A stretch of DNA of 64,000 bases from Octopus sinensis (taxonomy: Eukaryota): positions 29,760,001-29,824,000 of the forward strand of contig NC_043012.1 in NCBI RefSeq assembly GCF_006345805.1, in the 5' to 3' direction. Both the position numbers and the translations under genes were made by a program. Each line of letters begins with the position of its first letter. Position 1 is the stretch's first letter. The notes beneath the pieces were generated by a model, which was not told where the DNA came from, made no database searches, and was given only the letters and a program-made list of their open reading frames with translations. Below are positions 1-13,130 of the stretch, piece after piece.

Positions 1-3000
1 TTTCAATGGCTGGATGCCCTTCCTAATGCCAACCACTTTACAGAATGAATTGAATGGTTTGGTGTGACACCAGCACCACTGAGGTCACCATGCGGCTCAC
101 AAGACTAAGACCAGAATGGGGCAACATGAACAGTATATGGTAAGTTAGGCTGCAATATTAGTAGTTTTCATACTTAATACCAGAATGGAAAAAGAGATGT
201 TAACTAATGATGATGTACTGTGTAGCAACTGCTCCTTGTTTTAAATGCATGGTGAGCGTATGAGACAAGGTTGTATTTGTTTGGCCAATGTAGCAGCTGG
301 AATCATAAAGTCTGTGACTTTACCTCGAATTTATAAGGTTATAAAAATAACTCTTATTAATCAAAATCCACAACTGTCTCTTGTATAACACTAACATTTC
401 AGAGTAAGATTTGACTTTAAATTTCAACACGATGACAATGATGGAAAACTGCCTCTTAATGTGATGTGTGATACATCTGTCATCACATCCAGTGCAAAAC
501 CAATTTTTCGTTTTGCAGACCTCCATGAAATAGTTAACTGTTCCTTCTTTCTACATTCACACACGTTTGTGTGTAAACATATACGTACAGGTATACACAA
601 GAGGCTGGTACACTTGCCCAAAGTGTCACGCAGTGGAACTGAACCAGATACCGTGTGATTGGGAAGGAAACGTCTTAATCACCGATAATTGTCTGCGCCT
701 ATCACACAAAACAGTGTTTTTTCATCGCCTGGCGGTTAATTATTCACTCTGTTCCATTTATCTAGTCACTAGATACAAGAGTGCGAAATCGCACAAAACG
801 AAGAAATAAACGCGATATTGATATTCGTTGTACACAATTGGCTTTAAGCGTGTCTATGTGGCATTTATGGCCTTCCATATGCTGTAATAGATTTGAACAA
901 TTATTTAAAGACACTGGATCCGTTTATCATTTGTATTTAAAACAAAGAAAACTTTTATTTTTCGCATAGAAAAATCATTTTCAGCTTTGACCTAGAAAAT
1001 ACCTTCACTTTTGACAAGGTAAACACTGGCTTTCTTAAGATACTGGCAACGAAGAAGCGCCGAATTATGAATAAATTTATGAGAACGGTGAGTCCTAAGA
1101 GGCTACCCGCGAGGTGTAGGAGCAGGGCCTTTTATTTTGATGAGTTTTAGCATTCCAGGCAAAACCCTCGCTCGAATGCCGGACTTCAACGAAAGGCGTC
1201 AACGCTCGATAATATTTACAATAGACGAAGGTATACCAGATTTTTATTAACCGTTTTTGTAGCAAAAATTGACCAAGGACGTCGAAAATTTCCTCATATT
1301 CTAATATTTATTTTGCTTGCCTTTCTTCGTAACGGTTTCTAAGACGCCGACAAAACACCGGGTTCTGACACTTGTTACTTGTGACTCCCCGAAGTTTTTT
1401 TAACTCATTTGTCGCTAAGAACAATTGATATGGAGTTCCCTATTTGCATATCTCGGCGATGACAATGTGGGTGAGAAAACTAGAAGAAAAATTAATAACC
1501 TACAACTCGATGCCATACACCCACACACATAGTGTGTGGGTGTGTGTATGAATATATATATATATATGTGTGTATATTATATACAGAGAGTGAGAGAGCA
1601 TGCGGCATCAAAATACGAAAACGTAAACTTGCAAAGTTGCCGAAATAACAACGGTGTGACAGTTTGTCTATTAAAGGTGTCTCGGAATTAAATAATGCCC
1701 CCCTTCGATAGCATGAGGTGAGTAAAAAGGAATTAAAAGGAGAAAGACGACGGAGCGAATTGTTCAATGTCATACACATGAGCTGCAACGATATCGAAGT
1801 ATTTGGGAGGGATATTATGTATTTAACCAAAGTGAAACTGCTATATGAAGCGTCGGCATTAACCAGAAAGGCAGACAGAGTTTGGAGTTGAATTGAAATA
1901 GATTAAATAAATATATGGATATATTATATGTTGCCATCAACCTACTTTAGCCTGGACAATTCCCATCTTGGCGTGGTTAGTGGAGGAGAACTCTTCAGAA
2001 CTCGGAAAGCAGACACATTCTTCTTCCGGTGACCTCTAATTGCCTCAGTGATTTTTACACCGGTGAAGAGGACATTTGTTCCTTATTAAGGGTGGATCGA
2101 ACTTAAGTCAGAGATTTATACACAATCCTTCTCTCTCATTTTCTACATACATTAACCCATGCGGGGGTGTATAGATATATACACACAAAGATATTTGTAT
2201 ATGGGAGCACAGATAATTCCTCAGTCATATATTTAGTAATAATATACATAAGGATAATCCATAGTAACAGACTCAACTACAGAACATATTTTGGCGATTC
2301 TTCACTTTTCCAGAACCGCTTCGAAGTGAAAGAATTGACCAAGATATTTTCCAAGCTTTACAGTAAAGGTTTTCCTCCAAATGAAACTATTAAGGAACGG
2401 GAGAGAAAATAATTGACAATGGAGATATTTTTTTATGAAAATGAGGCGGAGGTGGAGATGGCGATGGCGATGGTGACATTCTATGAACATGCTTTCTCCA
2501 AAATGACAGTCTTTCCTGGGAGAAACACACACACTTCCTGTTTCTCTCTCAGCTGTCATGTTGAGCTACTTCACTTGATTACGCTGTTGTCTAGGGTCGG
2601 CTTCTTCACTTTCCATTTTGCTGGTCTTCTATGGCAATCTAGCAACCTGACAAATATGTGAATGTGTGTAACATATATGACGATCATCATCATCATTTAT
2701 CGTCCGTTCTCCATGCTAGCATGGGTTGGAAGGTTTGAAAGGAGTTGGCCAGCTCGAGGGCTGCTCGGGTTCCGTTTGTCTGCTTTCGCATGGTTCCTAC
2801 GTTTTCTAATGCCAGCCACTTTACAGAAGGTGCTGGGTGCTTTTACATGGCACTTTCATGTGACACTGGCTCGGACGTTTTTACGTAGCACCAGCACCCA
2901 CGAGCCCACAAGATTTCTTGGCTGAGAGATGGACGTAGGGCCCACACCTGTATGCATGGACAGCCACGATTTTACTTAGCCTCATATATTTTCTAACACG

Positions 3001-3039
3001 AACTGGTTTCGAATTTTGACACAAGGCCAGCAATTTCAT

Positions 3040-3745
3040 GGGAGGGAATAAGTAGATTACATCGTCCCACACCCCACCCCAATGTTCAACTGGTACTTAT
3101 TTCGGCACTACTTAAATACGATGTTTTTACAGGGCACACTTGTTAGGGTTAGGGTTACGTAGATGTGTTGGGGCCTCTATATTTAAGTAGTACCCTTATT
3201 TCATTGACCCCGGAAGGATGAAAGGCAAGCTCAACCCCCAAAGTACTTGAACTCACAACATGAAATTAGAAGAAATGCCACTAAGCATTTCGCCCGGCTT
3301 CCATACAGTTTCTTATTTCTTTATTGCCCATAGGGGGAGCTAAACACAGAGGGGACAAACAAGGACAGACAAAGGAAGTAAGTCGATTAAATCGATCCCA
3401 GTTCGTAACTGGTACTTATTTAATCGACCCCAAAAGGATGAAAGTCAAAGGTGACCTCGGCGAAATTTGAACTCAGAATGTAGCAGCAGATGAAATACCT
3501 ATTTCTTTACTACCCACAAGGGGCTAAACACAGAGAGGACAAACAAGAACCGACAAACAGATTAAGTCGATTATATTGACCCCAGTGCGTAACTGGTCCT
3601 TAATTTATCGACCCCGAAAGGATGAGAGGCAAAGTAGACCTCAGCGAAATTTGAACTCAGAATGTAGCGGCAGACGAAATACTGCAAAGCATTTCACCCG
3701 GCATGCTAACGATTCTGCCAGCTCGCCACCTTCCTTTTCTAACAA
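3040..3745 (-). mobile_element. Cluster of ~3 SINE family D copies
   Basis: Same ACTGGTACTTA..TCGACCCC.AAAGGATGAAAG..AAAGT.GACCTC..C.AAATTTGAACTCAGAA motif repeated three times. Confidence 0.8.
3104..3194. mobile_element. 91-bp MITE with 8-bp TSD, Merlin-like termini
   Basis: TIRs GGCACTACTTAAATA / TATTTAAGTAGTACC (14/15). Direct repeat CTTATTTC at 3096-3103 and 3195-3202. Both ends fit the GGNRM pattern. Internal (GTTAGG)2. Confidence 0.65.
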
Positions 3746-4759
3746 TTCTGCCAGTTTGCTGCCTTAATACACACACACACACATTAATAAAAGAATGCCA
3801 AAGGAACAGGAGTTACATCATCACCTTCATTAGCATTCATTGTGTGTGTGTCTGTGGTCATCCCTCACTGCTCGACAATCAGTTGTTGCTTTCTGTATGT
3901 CCCCATGACTTTGCAGTTCATCAAAAAGGCACTAACAGAATAAGCAACCATCACAAAATAAGTACTGAGCTCAATGCAGTCAAAGTGGTGCCCCAGCATG
4001 GACACAGTCCACTGACTAGAGCAAGTAAAAAAGAAAAAATACACACACACAAAAAAAAAGAATAGAAATCCAACAAATAAAAAATTGAAATATTCAAAGC
4101 AAAATAAAAATCGAAATTGCTTAAAAAAAACTGTCCAACTGGTTTATTGTAGAATGAGGAATAAATACGAAATTGATTTATTGAATATTAAAGAATGTGA
4201 GTATGAGGGTATAGAGGGGGAAGGAGGATCAGGGTGGCTGACCCCTCTTTAGAAAATGAGAGCAGACCAAAAAATTGCTGTTATTACAGACTGGAATAGA
4301 ATATGTATGGTGTGTGTATGGGTTGGTTAGTCTGTATCGATATATGTGTGTATGTATGTGTTTATATATAGATATGGGCGTAGATATGTGTGCAGGCATA
4401 TGTGTATTTATATATTAATATACTTATAAATGCATATATGTATAATAGTGAACTTATTGTAGCCAGTGTTCAGGTGCACCACAGCTCATCAGAGAAGGTA
4501 GTGAAAAGAGCATGAACAGTGGATAGAAAAGTGCAGAGAACAAGAGACAGGAAAGTGAACAGTGAATGAGTCATGAAAAAGAAAAAGGAATCGAAATTTT
4601 TAAATAAATCTTATTCTAGAATTCATATAAAGTTACTCTACCAGGTCAATATTCTATTGCTAGTCTGAGATATTGTTTAAAATTGTTTGTTTCTTCTCAA
4701 GCCATGCCTGGCTCATAAGGGCCAGTTTCCCAGTTTCCTTGGCGTATAGGTTCCCCACC

Positions 4760-4982
4760 TGGGCGGGACGCTCGTCCGTCGCAGATGAGCTGCAAGATGC
4801 AGGAGGAAAGAGTGAGAGAAAGTTATGGCAAAAGAGTCAGCAGAAGTTTGCCATTATCTTCTGCCAGAGCCGCGTGGATCTTAGGTGTTACGCTCATAAA
4901 CACACATTGCCCGGTCTGAGATTCGAACCCACGATCCCTCGATCATAAGTCCGCTGCTCTAACCACTAGGCCATGTGCCTCT
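4760..4982 (-). mobile_element. tRNA-derived SINE family B (also ~20098-20385 +, ~31065-31441 -)
   Basis: Head GGCACATGGCCTAGTGGTTAGAGCAGCGGAC...GGGTTCGAATCTC with A and B boxes; shared body with CTCCACG(A/C)GGCTC and CT-rich segment. Confidence 0.8.
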
Positions 4983-5462
4983 ACATTGTTTAAAATAATA
5001 ACCCCAAAACTAGCAGAAATACATATATAGATACAAACACACACACACACACATATATGTGTGTGTGTGTGTATACACATTTTCAGGTCAGTAATGTCTA
5101 AGAAGCATATGTTACAAAGTAAGAGACAGAATGTTGGGGTGCACTGGGGAAGATATATATGTGTGTGTGTGTATACACATGCACACATATATATATATAT
5201 AGACAGACAGACAGATAGATATAGATATGTGGTAGCAAAAGAAGGAACTGGTGGTGACACAAAAATAAATATAACATTTTGTTGAGGTAACAGCTTGAAT
5301 GAATATGAGGCTGATGATGATGATGATGATAATGACATATTGTGTACCTCATGTGAAGCGACACAAAACATATGATGCATATGTGTGTGCATATAGATAT
5401 ATGTGTCTGTGCATGTATGTCTATATCTGTGGGGTTTTATACATACATATATGTACATGTGC

Positions 5463-5546
<84 letters not shown>

Positions 5547-5620
5547 GTGTATATATATACATGTGTATGTATATATATTATATATATATATATATATACA
5601 TGCGTATATATATACATGTG

Positions 5621-5676
<56 letters not shown>

Positions 5677-5921
5677 ATATAGTAAAGTAGGGTATAAGTT
5701 AGAAGGTTATACAACCATGTAAGGGATAGATGTATCTGTAGGCATTCCTGGTGTATTACCTCAGTATGTTTGATCCTTGTTATAAGGTATACGGCAGTAG
5801 GTAATTTAAAGGGAGAACTGTGGTTTAATATATATACAGAGACAATAAGAAATGGAGCAATAATTAACAATAAGAAGTGGATCATTTGTGTTTTATTCTC
5901 TCTCTCTCTCTCTCTTTCTGC

Positions 5922-5953
<32 letters not shown>

Positions 5954-6682
5954 AAAACAAACTCTAAAGAGATTAGTGTTGATCTGTGTCAGCAAGAATT
6001 TGTATGACATAGTAAAATTGACAAAAAGTGGGAAGTTTGTATGGGGTGAGAACAAACCAGGGTTTAGAAGATAGTCCTTCTGTATAGAAAAGTCAACAGG
6101 AGAGAAATTAAAGACAGGCAGCAGAGTATAACTGGTTGCAACCCTGCAGTGTTTCTTTAATTTCACTGCTATAGACATTATACACCACCACCGCCGCCGC
6201 CGCCACCACCACCACCACCACCATTTAACATCCATCTTCCATGCTAGCTTGGGTGGGTCGGTGCCACAAGAGCTGGCCAGGTTGAAGCTTGCACCAGATT
6301 TCTGTGACTGTTTTAGCAAAGAAAGAGAGGGAAGGAAATACATGCACACACACACACACACACACACACACACCACACACACATACATATATATATAGAA
6401 TATGAGGGGTTTAGCTGTGATCCTGGAGCCTTAGTTGTAATCTTGGTCGACCAACTATAGCGCTTACACATGTAGATATATATATATATAACATTATATA
6501 AAAGGGCTTAGTAAAATAAATTACTTTGCCGCATACTGAACTCATTAGAAATAGTAGCTAAAAAAACTTTTTTAAAACTATTTCTAATACTTAAAGAAAA
6601 CCTCTCTCATATAGTGTTTGCTCAATTCAACTCACGAAAGTATGGGGGTAAAGACATTAAAAAATCAAATGCAAAGGTTATT

Positions 6683-6734
6683 TGAGAACGTACGTTTCAA
6701 GATTAGTCAACTCGACATTTCTATCATCAGCTCA
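6683..6734 (-). ncRNA. Hammerhead ribozyme-like motif, copy 1 in tandem duplication
   Basis: Minus strand reads TGAG CTGATGA T AGA aat GTC gagtt GAC taa TCT T GAA ACGTACGT T CTCA: stem I TGAG/CTCA, intact core, interrupted stem II, palindromic stem III, GUU triplet. Confidence 0.6.
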
Positions 6735-7058
6735 GAACTCCTTGGTTTGGATTTGAAAACACTGAAAGTGGGAGCATACCCTTTCGGTATATATATATAT
6801 ATTATATATATATATATAGTAAAGTAGGGTATAAGTTAGAAGGTTATACAACCATGTAAGGGATAGATGTATCTGTAGGCATTCCTGGTGTATTACCTCA
6901 GTATGTTTGATCCTTGTTATAAGGTATACGGCAGTAGGTAATTTAAAGGGAGAACTGTGGTTTAATATATATACAGAGACAATAAGAAATGGAGCAATAA
7001 TTAACAATAAGAAGTGGATCATTTGTGTTTTATTCTCTCTCTCTCTCTCTCTTTCTGC

Positions 7059-7090
<32 letters not shown>

Positions 7091-7483
7091 AAAACAAACT
7101 CTAAAGAGATTAGTGTTGATCTGTGTCAGCAAGAATTTGTATGACATAGTAAAATTGACAAAAAGTGGGAAGTTTGTATGGGGTGAGAACAAACCAGGGT
7201 TTAGAAGATAGTCCTTCTGTATAGAAAAGTCAACAGGAGAGAAATTAAAGACAGGCAGCAGAGTATAACTGGTTGCAACCCTGCAGTGTTTCTTTAATTT
7301 CACTGCTATAGACATTATACACCACCACCGCCGCCGCCGCCGCCGCCACCACCACCACCACCATTTAACATCCATCTTCCATGCTAGCTTGGGTGGGTCG
7401 GTGCCACAAGAGCTGGCCAGGTTGAAGCTTGCACCAGATTTCTGTGACTGTTTTAGCAAAGAAAGAGAGGGAAGGAAATACAT

Positions 7484-7526
<43 letters not shown>

Positions 7527-7823
7527 TATATATATATAGAATATGAGGGGTTTAGCTGTGATCCTGGAGCCTTAGTTGTAATCTTGGTCGACCAACTATA
7601 GCGCTTACACATGTAGATATATATATATATAACATTATATAAAAGGGCTTAGTAAAATAAATTACTTTGCCGCATACTGAACTCATTAGAAATAGTAGCT
7701 AAAAAAACTTTTTTAAAACTATTTCTAATACTTAAAGAAAACCTCTCTCATATAGTGTTTGCTCAATTCAACTCACGAAAGTATGGGGGTAAAGACATTA
7801 AAAAATCAAATGCAAAGGTTATT

Positions 7824-7875
7824 TGAGAACGTACGTTTCAAGATTAGTCAACTCGACATTTCTATCATCAGCTCA
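7824..7875 (-). ncRNA. Hammerhead ribozyme-like motif, copy 2 in tandem duplication
   Basis: Identical to 6683-6734, offset 1141 bp. Confidence 0.6.
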
Positions 7876-7951
7876 GAACTCCTTGGTTTGGATTTGAAAA
7901 CACTGAAAGTGGGAGCATACCCTTTCGGTATATATATATATATATATATAT

Positions 7952-7982
<31 letters not shown>

Positions 7983-8094
7983 TATATGAGAGAGAGAGCG
8001 GGAAAGAGATACATACATACACACACACACACACACAAACGCACACTCACATATATATAGGTAAATCCATGTGTAAAAAGAAAAGCAGGCAACA

Positions 8095-8960
8095 AAGGTA
8101 ACGGTTCTCTGAACTTTGTCCATTCTATTTTTATTCTTGCAATTATATTTTCAGAACCTCCTCTTCCACAGCTGACTTGGTTACCTAGGTGACAGAAGCG
8201 ACTTCTAGGGATCCCACCAGGACATTAGAGGAAGTCTATTCTCCGTAACATTCCTTCTATTTATTGAACCCACACAGCTTCCACTCACAAGGACTACTTT
8301 CTCTGTTAACCTTTTGATGATACTGCTGCACCTCTTATGTGTCCATAGCTTTCATCGGGTACATCATATGCAGTTTCTACTGACACCTTTCTTAGACATT
8401 GGGCAGGGGTCGTCTCCCTCAAGTGACTTGAGCTTTGTCTCTTTTCCTACTTATGAGGAAATTTGTCTTTGCTAAATTAGGTTCCAGACCTTGCTTCCAC
8501 ACCTGAAATCTTCTTCTCTAGTTCTTGTAGTGATTCAGCTATAAGAACAAGGTCATCAGCATAGAGGAGCTCCCAATTGCAGCCATTCTTAACTTCTGTT
8601 ATAGCCTGGAGGGCTATGATAAACAAGAGGGGACTGAGAACGGATTCTTGGTGAACTCCTGAAAGTGCACAAAATTCATTGTTACACTCATTGTCAACCT
8701 TCACCTTACTGGCAGCATCCCTGTATGTGGCTTGTATGGTTCTCACTAACCACTCATCTCTCCCTTGCTTCCACATTGATCAGAGAGAGCAAAGGATTCT
8801 GTCAAAAGCTTTCTCCAAGTCAACAAAAGCCAAGTATGGAGGTTTGTTCTTAACCAAAGGCTTCTCCTGCAGCTGCCTTACCAGGAATATGGCACTAGCA
8901 GTGCTTCTCTCTGGCACAAAACCAAACTACATCTCATGCAGGCTTACTATCTCCCGAATT
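8095..8960 (-). mobile_element. RTE-clade LINE reverse transcriptase fragment
   Basis: GVHQESVLSPLLFIIAL...WELLYADDLVLIAES (YADD catalytic motif), with decayed downstream sequence. Confidence 0.9.
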
Positions 8961-9849
8961 GGTTGACCTAGGACACGTGTGTGAGAGAGAGAGAGCATGT
9001 GTGTGTGAGAGAGAAAGAGAGAGAGAGCGTGTGTTTGTTTTTATGTTACTCTATACTTCTGTTGACAGTGACTTCAAAGTTTCAACCATTTAAGCCATTG
9101 TTGGATTGCAATACATTGAAATTACTCTCGGCTTTATGCCGTCTCCATTGAGTTAAAATCTTCCTTGAGTGTGTGGGTTTGAGTAATTAGGTTTTTAGGG
9201 TGGATTGTTATGAGAAGGTGTCTTGGAGAAATTTTTATTGATTAAATTTGTGGTTATGTTATTATTTAGAATTTATTCATGAATGTGGAACTTTGTGTGT
9301 AGGCATTTCTCTTTTGTCAGGTAAGCAGGTGAGACAGTATGTTTGTTGTCTTTTGATTTTATTGAATTTAATCCTTTGCCTTGACAATGTAAGGGTCTAA
9401 GGTACAAAGTCCAGTACTGAAGCTCTTAACAACTGGGTGTGTCGTCTTTTTTCACAAAAGAATGTAGGTCAGTGGTAAGTTTCAACTGGTCATTTCTTTA
9501 GTGTGTTTTATATTTTCATTTGTAAGGTAGGAGTGATTGGTCAGGTATGTCATTGGTTCGTTAGTATAGAAAGTTGTTTCTCTTGTGCTCTCATGTTCAA
9601 AAAGTATTTGAGTAAAAATTGTTTGATTCCATGTTTTACTCACTGGATGTTTTACTGCTGTATAAGCAATTTGAATTTTATAGAGGGATTTTCTTCTTTT
9701 GTGGAGGTAGAATTTGTTTGCAGTTTGTTTATAAAATTCATATATATATATATATATATATATCATTAGCCACATCACACATTTTTTCTCTCCTTTTTTT
9801 CTCTCCTTGTTTCTCTCCTTGTTTCTCTCCTTGTTTTTTTTTTCTGTGT

Positions 9850-9987
9850 CCCTTTCTATAGAAGAGCGTAGGCTCGAAACATAAAAGACTTTTTCTATTC
9901 CTGAGCATTATACAAATACATCTGTTTGTTTTGTACACCACCTGTCTTCGTCTTTTGTTTTTTTCGTAAACTCTCCCTATATATATA
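9850..9987 (+). mobile_element. Short Penelope-LTR-like repeat with decayed hammerhead core
   Basis: Contains gaagagcgtaggctcgaaacataaaag and flanks by TA tracts. The body caccacctgtcttcgtcttttgtttttttcgtaaactctccc recurs at ~30050-30155 and inverted at ~20403-20445. Confidence 0.5.
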
Positions 9988-10259
9988 GCCAACAAATAAG
10001 ATTCAGAGATTCTCAGTATAGCAAACACTTAGTAGCACTCAAATGGTTCAAACTTAGATTCCGATGTCTTTACAAGGGACTGATTCCGTGAGGTAAGGCA
10101 TAGCTATAAAAGGAGTCCAGGTAAGCAGGTATGGGGAGAATTATGTCTGTCATTTGTATTCTATGTTTGAACTATTAATCTCTAAATGTCTATAGATTTG
10201 TGCTTAAATATTCATCATCTGAAAATCAGTCTTGCTTTCTTTCTGTTTACTCAGACACA

Positions 10260-10510
10260 CATATATAGAGACAGGATGCCTCTGGGAGCTTCTGTATGCT
10301 GATGGCCTTGCTCTAATAGCTGAGTCACCATCAGAACTAGAGGAGAAGTTTCAGGTGTGGAAGCAAGGTCTAAAATTGAAGGGCCTTAGAGTCAATCTAG
10401 CAAAAACCAATGTCTTAGTAAATAGGAAGGTAGACAAATCACAGGTCTTTTCAGGTAGAGGGCCCTGCTCAGTCTGTAGAAAAGGCATAGGTAGTAACTC
10501 CATAAGATGA
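10260..10510 (+). mobile_element. RTE-clade LINE RT fragment abutting the Penelope RT in opposite orientation
   Basis: GCLWELLYADGLALIAESPSELEEKFQVWKQGL..GLRVNLAKT..PCSVCRKGIGSNSI. Confidence 0.85.
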
Positions 10511-11470
10511 AAGGTTTTGAAATTTAGGTACTGGTGTGTATCTGTGTTTTTGTTATAAATATCAGATGTGATTGTGGCGTTGTTTTTAATTATCATTATG
10601 TCAAGAAATGGTAATTGTGTGTTGCTCATTTCTCCTGTGAATTTGAAACCAGGGTGTAGGTTGCTGAGGAGAGTGCTGAATTCTTCCAGGTTTTCTAGGG
10701 ATTTGGTCCAAGTTAGGAAACAATCATTGAGGTATCTTTACCATGTGTCCTCTATATGTCTTTTAAATGTCATGCCAAAGTTCTCTTCAATTTTTTCATA
10801 TATGTTTTGTTCCAAGTATCCCAATACTAAGTTCGCGAAAACTAGAACAAATCCTGTCCCCATAGCTGTGCCTTGAATTTGGAGGTAGCTTTTTTCTATT
10901 GAAAAGGGGCGTATTGCTTTCAAGGATGAGGCTGACTGTGTTTGATATGAAGGTTACAGTAAATCTATTGGGGATCACTTCTCTAAGTTTCTTGAGCCAA
11001 TATGTTACGTCAGTAAGTCCTAAATCATGTGAAATGTTTGTATATAAGTTTGTTACATGAAAACTAACAGTAAATTGGATTCTGTTGTTTTGGGAAGTTG
11101 TGACAGGAAACTGATGCCATCCTGAATGAAACTGGGTATGGGATCCCATAGTGGTTTTAGCATAATGTCAATGAGGTTGCTCAGCTGATGCATAGGACAG
11201 GCTGGACCAGCTGTAATGGGTCTTAGTTTAAGGTCTCTTGGTTGCAGTAGTTTTATGTATTCACTACCTTGTCCCTTCGTAGCATTTTGTATTTCTTTTG
11301 ACTTATGTATTTTAGATAAGCCATAGAAGTTGCTGGATTTTGACTCAAAATTGGCAACACAGTCCCTTGCATTAGAAGTGAGGGAGTTATAATATTTTAA
11401 GACTAAATAATTGACTTTCTTCATGATGCAGTAGTCAATATTCAAGGATATTTCATGGTAAAACATTGTA
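10505..11470 (-). mobile_element. Penelope-like element reverse transcriptase, decayed
   Basis: Motifs FYGLSKIHK...LRPITAGPACP..LSNLIDIMLKP, QIQGTAMG, RYLNDCF, LPFLDIMI..SDIYNKNTDTHQYLNF spread over frameshifted ORFs. Confidence 0.9.
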
Positions 11471-11562
11471 TCCTTCAAATGATCTTCAGCTAGATCCCAG
11501 TAATATTCCATATCCATTACAATATCCATTATATATCCATTATATATCCATTATATATCCAT

Positions 11563-11694
<132 letters not shown>

Positions 11695-12502
11695 CACACA
11701 TATATATACATGCATATACACACACATACGATCATCAATTACATGTCAAAAATGGTAGAGGAGAAGGGGTCAAAATCAGACATGGTTCCTCCTAATGATG
11801 TCCTTAACCACTGGATCCTATAAAGGGGCTGTTGAGGAAGCGAACCACAAAACATGGTTGGAATTCTTTCTATCCCTATTTTTACTTACCTAAAATATTC
11901 TTCTCTCCTTATATTTCTACTCCCCCACACCTACATACACCTTCACTGCTTCAGTTTTTTTTGGGGGGGGGGATCTTGTACCAATTTACACCTTTTGACC
12001 ATAAAACCGATGCTTAAACTCCCCACCCTACCTTGCTTTATTCATACATACTTTCCTTTATCACCCATGACCAAAGATATTCCCCCTCCCTCACCCCTCC
12101 AATTTCTCTTCTCTTCAAATGCCAATCCCACTATTGAACTCTAGGATTAAGCTAAAACTGCTATATTATCTACCACTGACCAACCCCACCCTTCTCTCAC
12201 TCCCCTACATTTTGTTTTATTTTATTTTATTTATTTATTTACTTTTCTTTCTCTTCTTTCTCCCCCTCTTCTATTACTTATTTCTCCCCTCATTTATATA
12301 CCCCACACATACTGTGTCCTCCACACATTCTAATTGATTCTTTGCATTAGCATGCACAATGTAGCCTTTGATTTAATCAAGATATCCTTGGCCTGAGGAG
12401 TAGCTGGCAGCATACACCTCACTTGGATTTTACCACTTCTCAGGTTCCACTCACTATGAAAGATATGTAGCCCCGATTTCCCATACTCCATTCCATAACT
12501 CT

Positions 12503-12605
<103 letters not shown>

Positions 12606-12674
12606 ATATATACATACATACATACATACATACATACACATACATACATACATCATACATACATACATACAACA

Positions 12675-12705
<31 letters not shown>

Positions 12706-12929
12706 TACTCCTCACTGAATAATTTATCGATCTGATTTTCTGGATTTTCAGTTACATGGACATTATTCATTACACTACTCTGTAATTGATTTCTATGTGG
12801 ACTGATAGCCTATTCCAAAGGAGGGCCATACTGTGATAGCTGCATGATTTTCTGAATCTACATTTTAAACTACTCATTTACACACACACACACACACACA
12901 CACGTCTGTAAAAGAAAAAATTCAATATC

Positions 12930-13130
12930 TTCCTTCTGCAGCCAGAAGGAACCACCATTCAAAGAACATCAAAGACTTCCTACCATGCATTACTCCATTG
13001 ATGTTGTCATAGCTAATATTGGTAAATCTCTTTGTGAATTCCAGCTTATTTAAGAAATGGCTTCGTAATACACAGGTAGAATTTCAGTCTGTTGAATTGG
13101 TTTAATGTCTGAAATATACTGCAGGAAATA
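12930..13130 (-). mobile_element. Penelope-like RT fragment, highly decayed
   Basis: Frames give FYLCITKPFLK and FTNISYDNINGVMHGRKSLMF, resembling the PLE RT segment FYPSI..LL.KA..TNIS..I.H.RKSLLF (recalled similarity, not searched). Confidence 0.5.

Larger units (their letters stand above)
5681..7928. repeat. Tandem duplication of a ~1.14-kb unit (5681-6787 and 6818-7928) bounded by (TA)n
   Basis: Both units begin agtaaagtagggtataag and end ctttcgg. ORF-track entries repeat at +1137/+1141. Differences seen only in microsatellite lengths. Confidence 0.95.

Noticed and set aside
3143-3157. (TTAGGG)2 as an interstitial telomere
   Set aside because: Only two units, and they are internal to a MITE.
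4455-4497. Minus-strand CTGATGA...GAACA hammerhead-like start
   Set aside because: GAAA is broken, and there is no stem III/GUH or matching stem I.
12942-13021. Plus-strand exon-like segment with good AG/GT sites
   Set aside because: Better explained as the antisense of a Penelope RT remnant.
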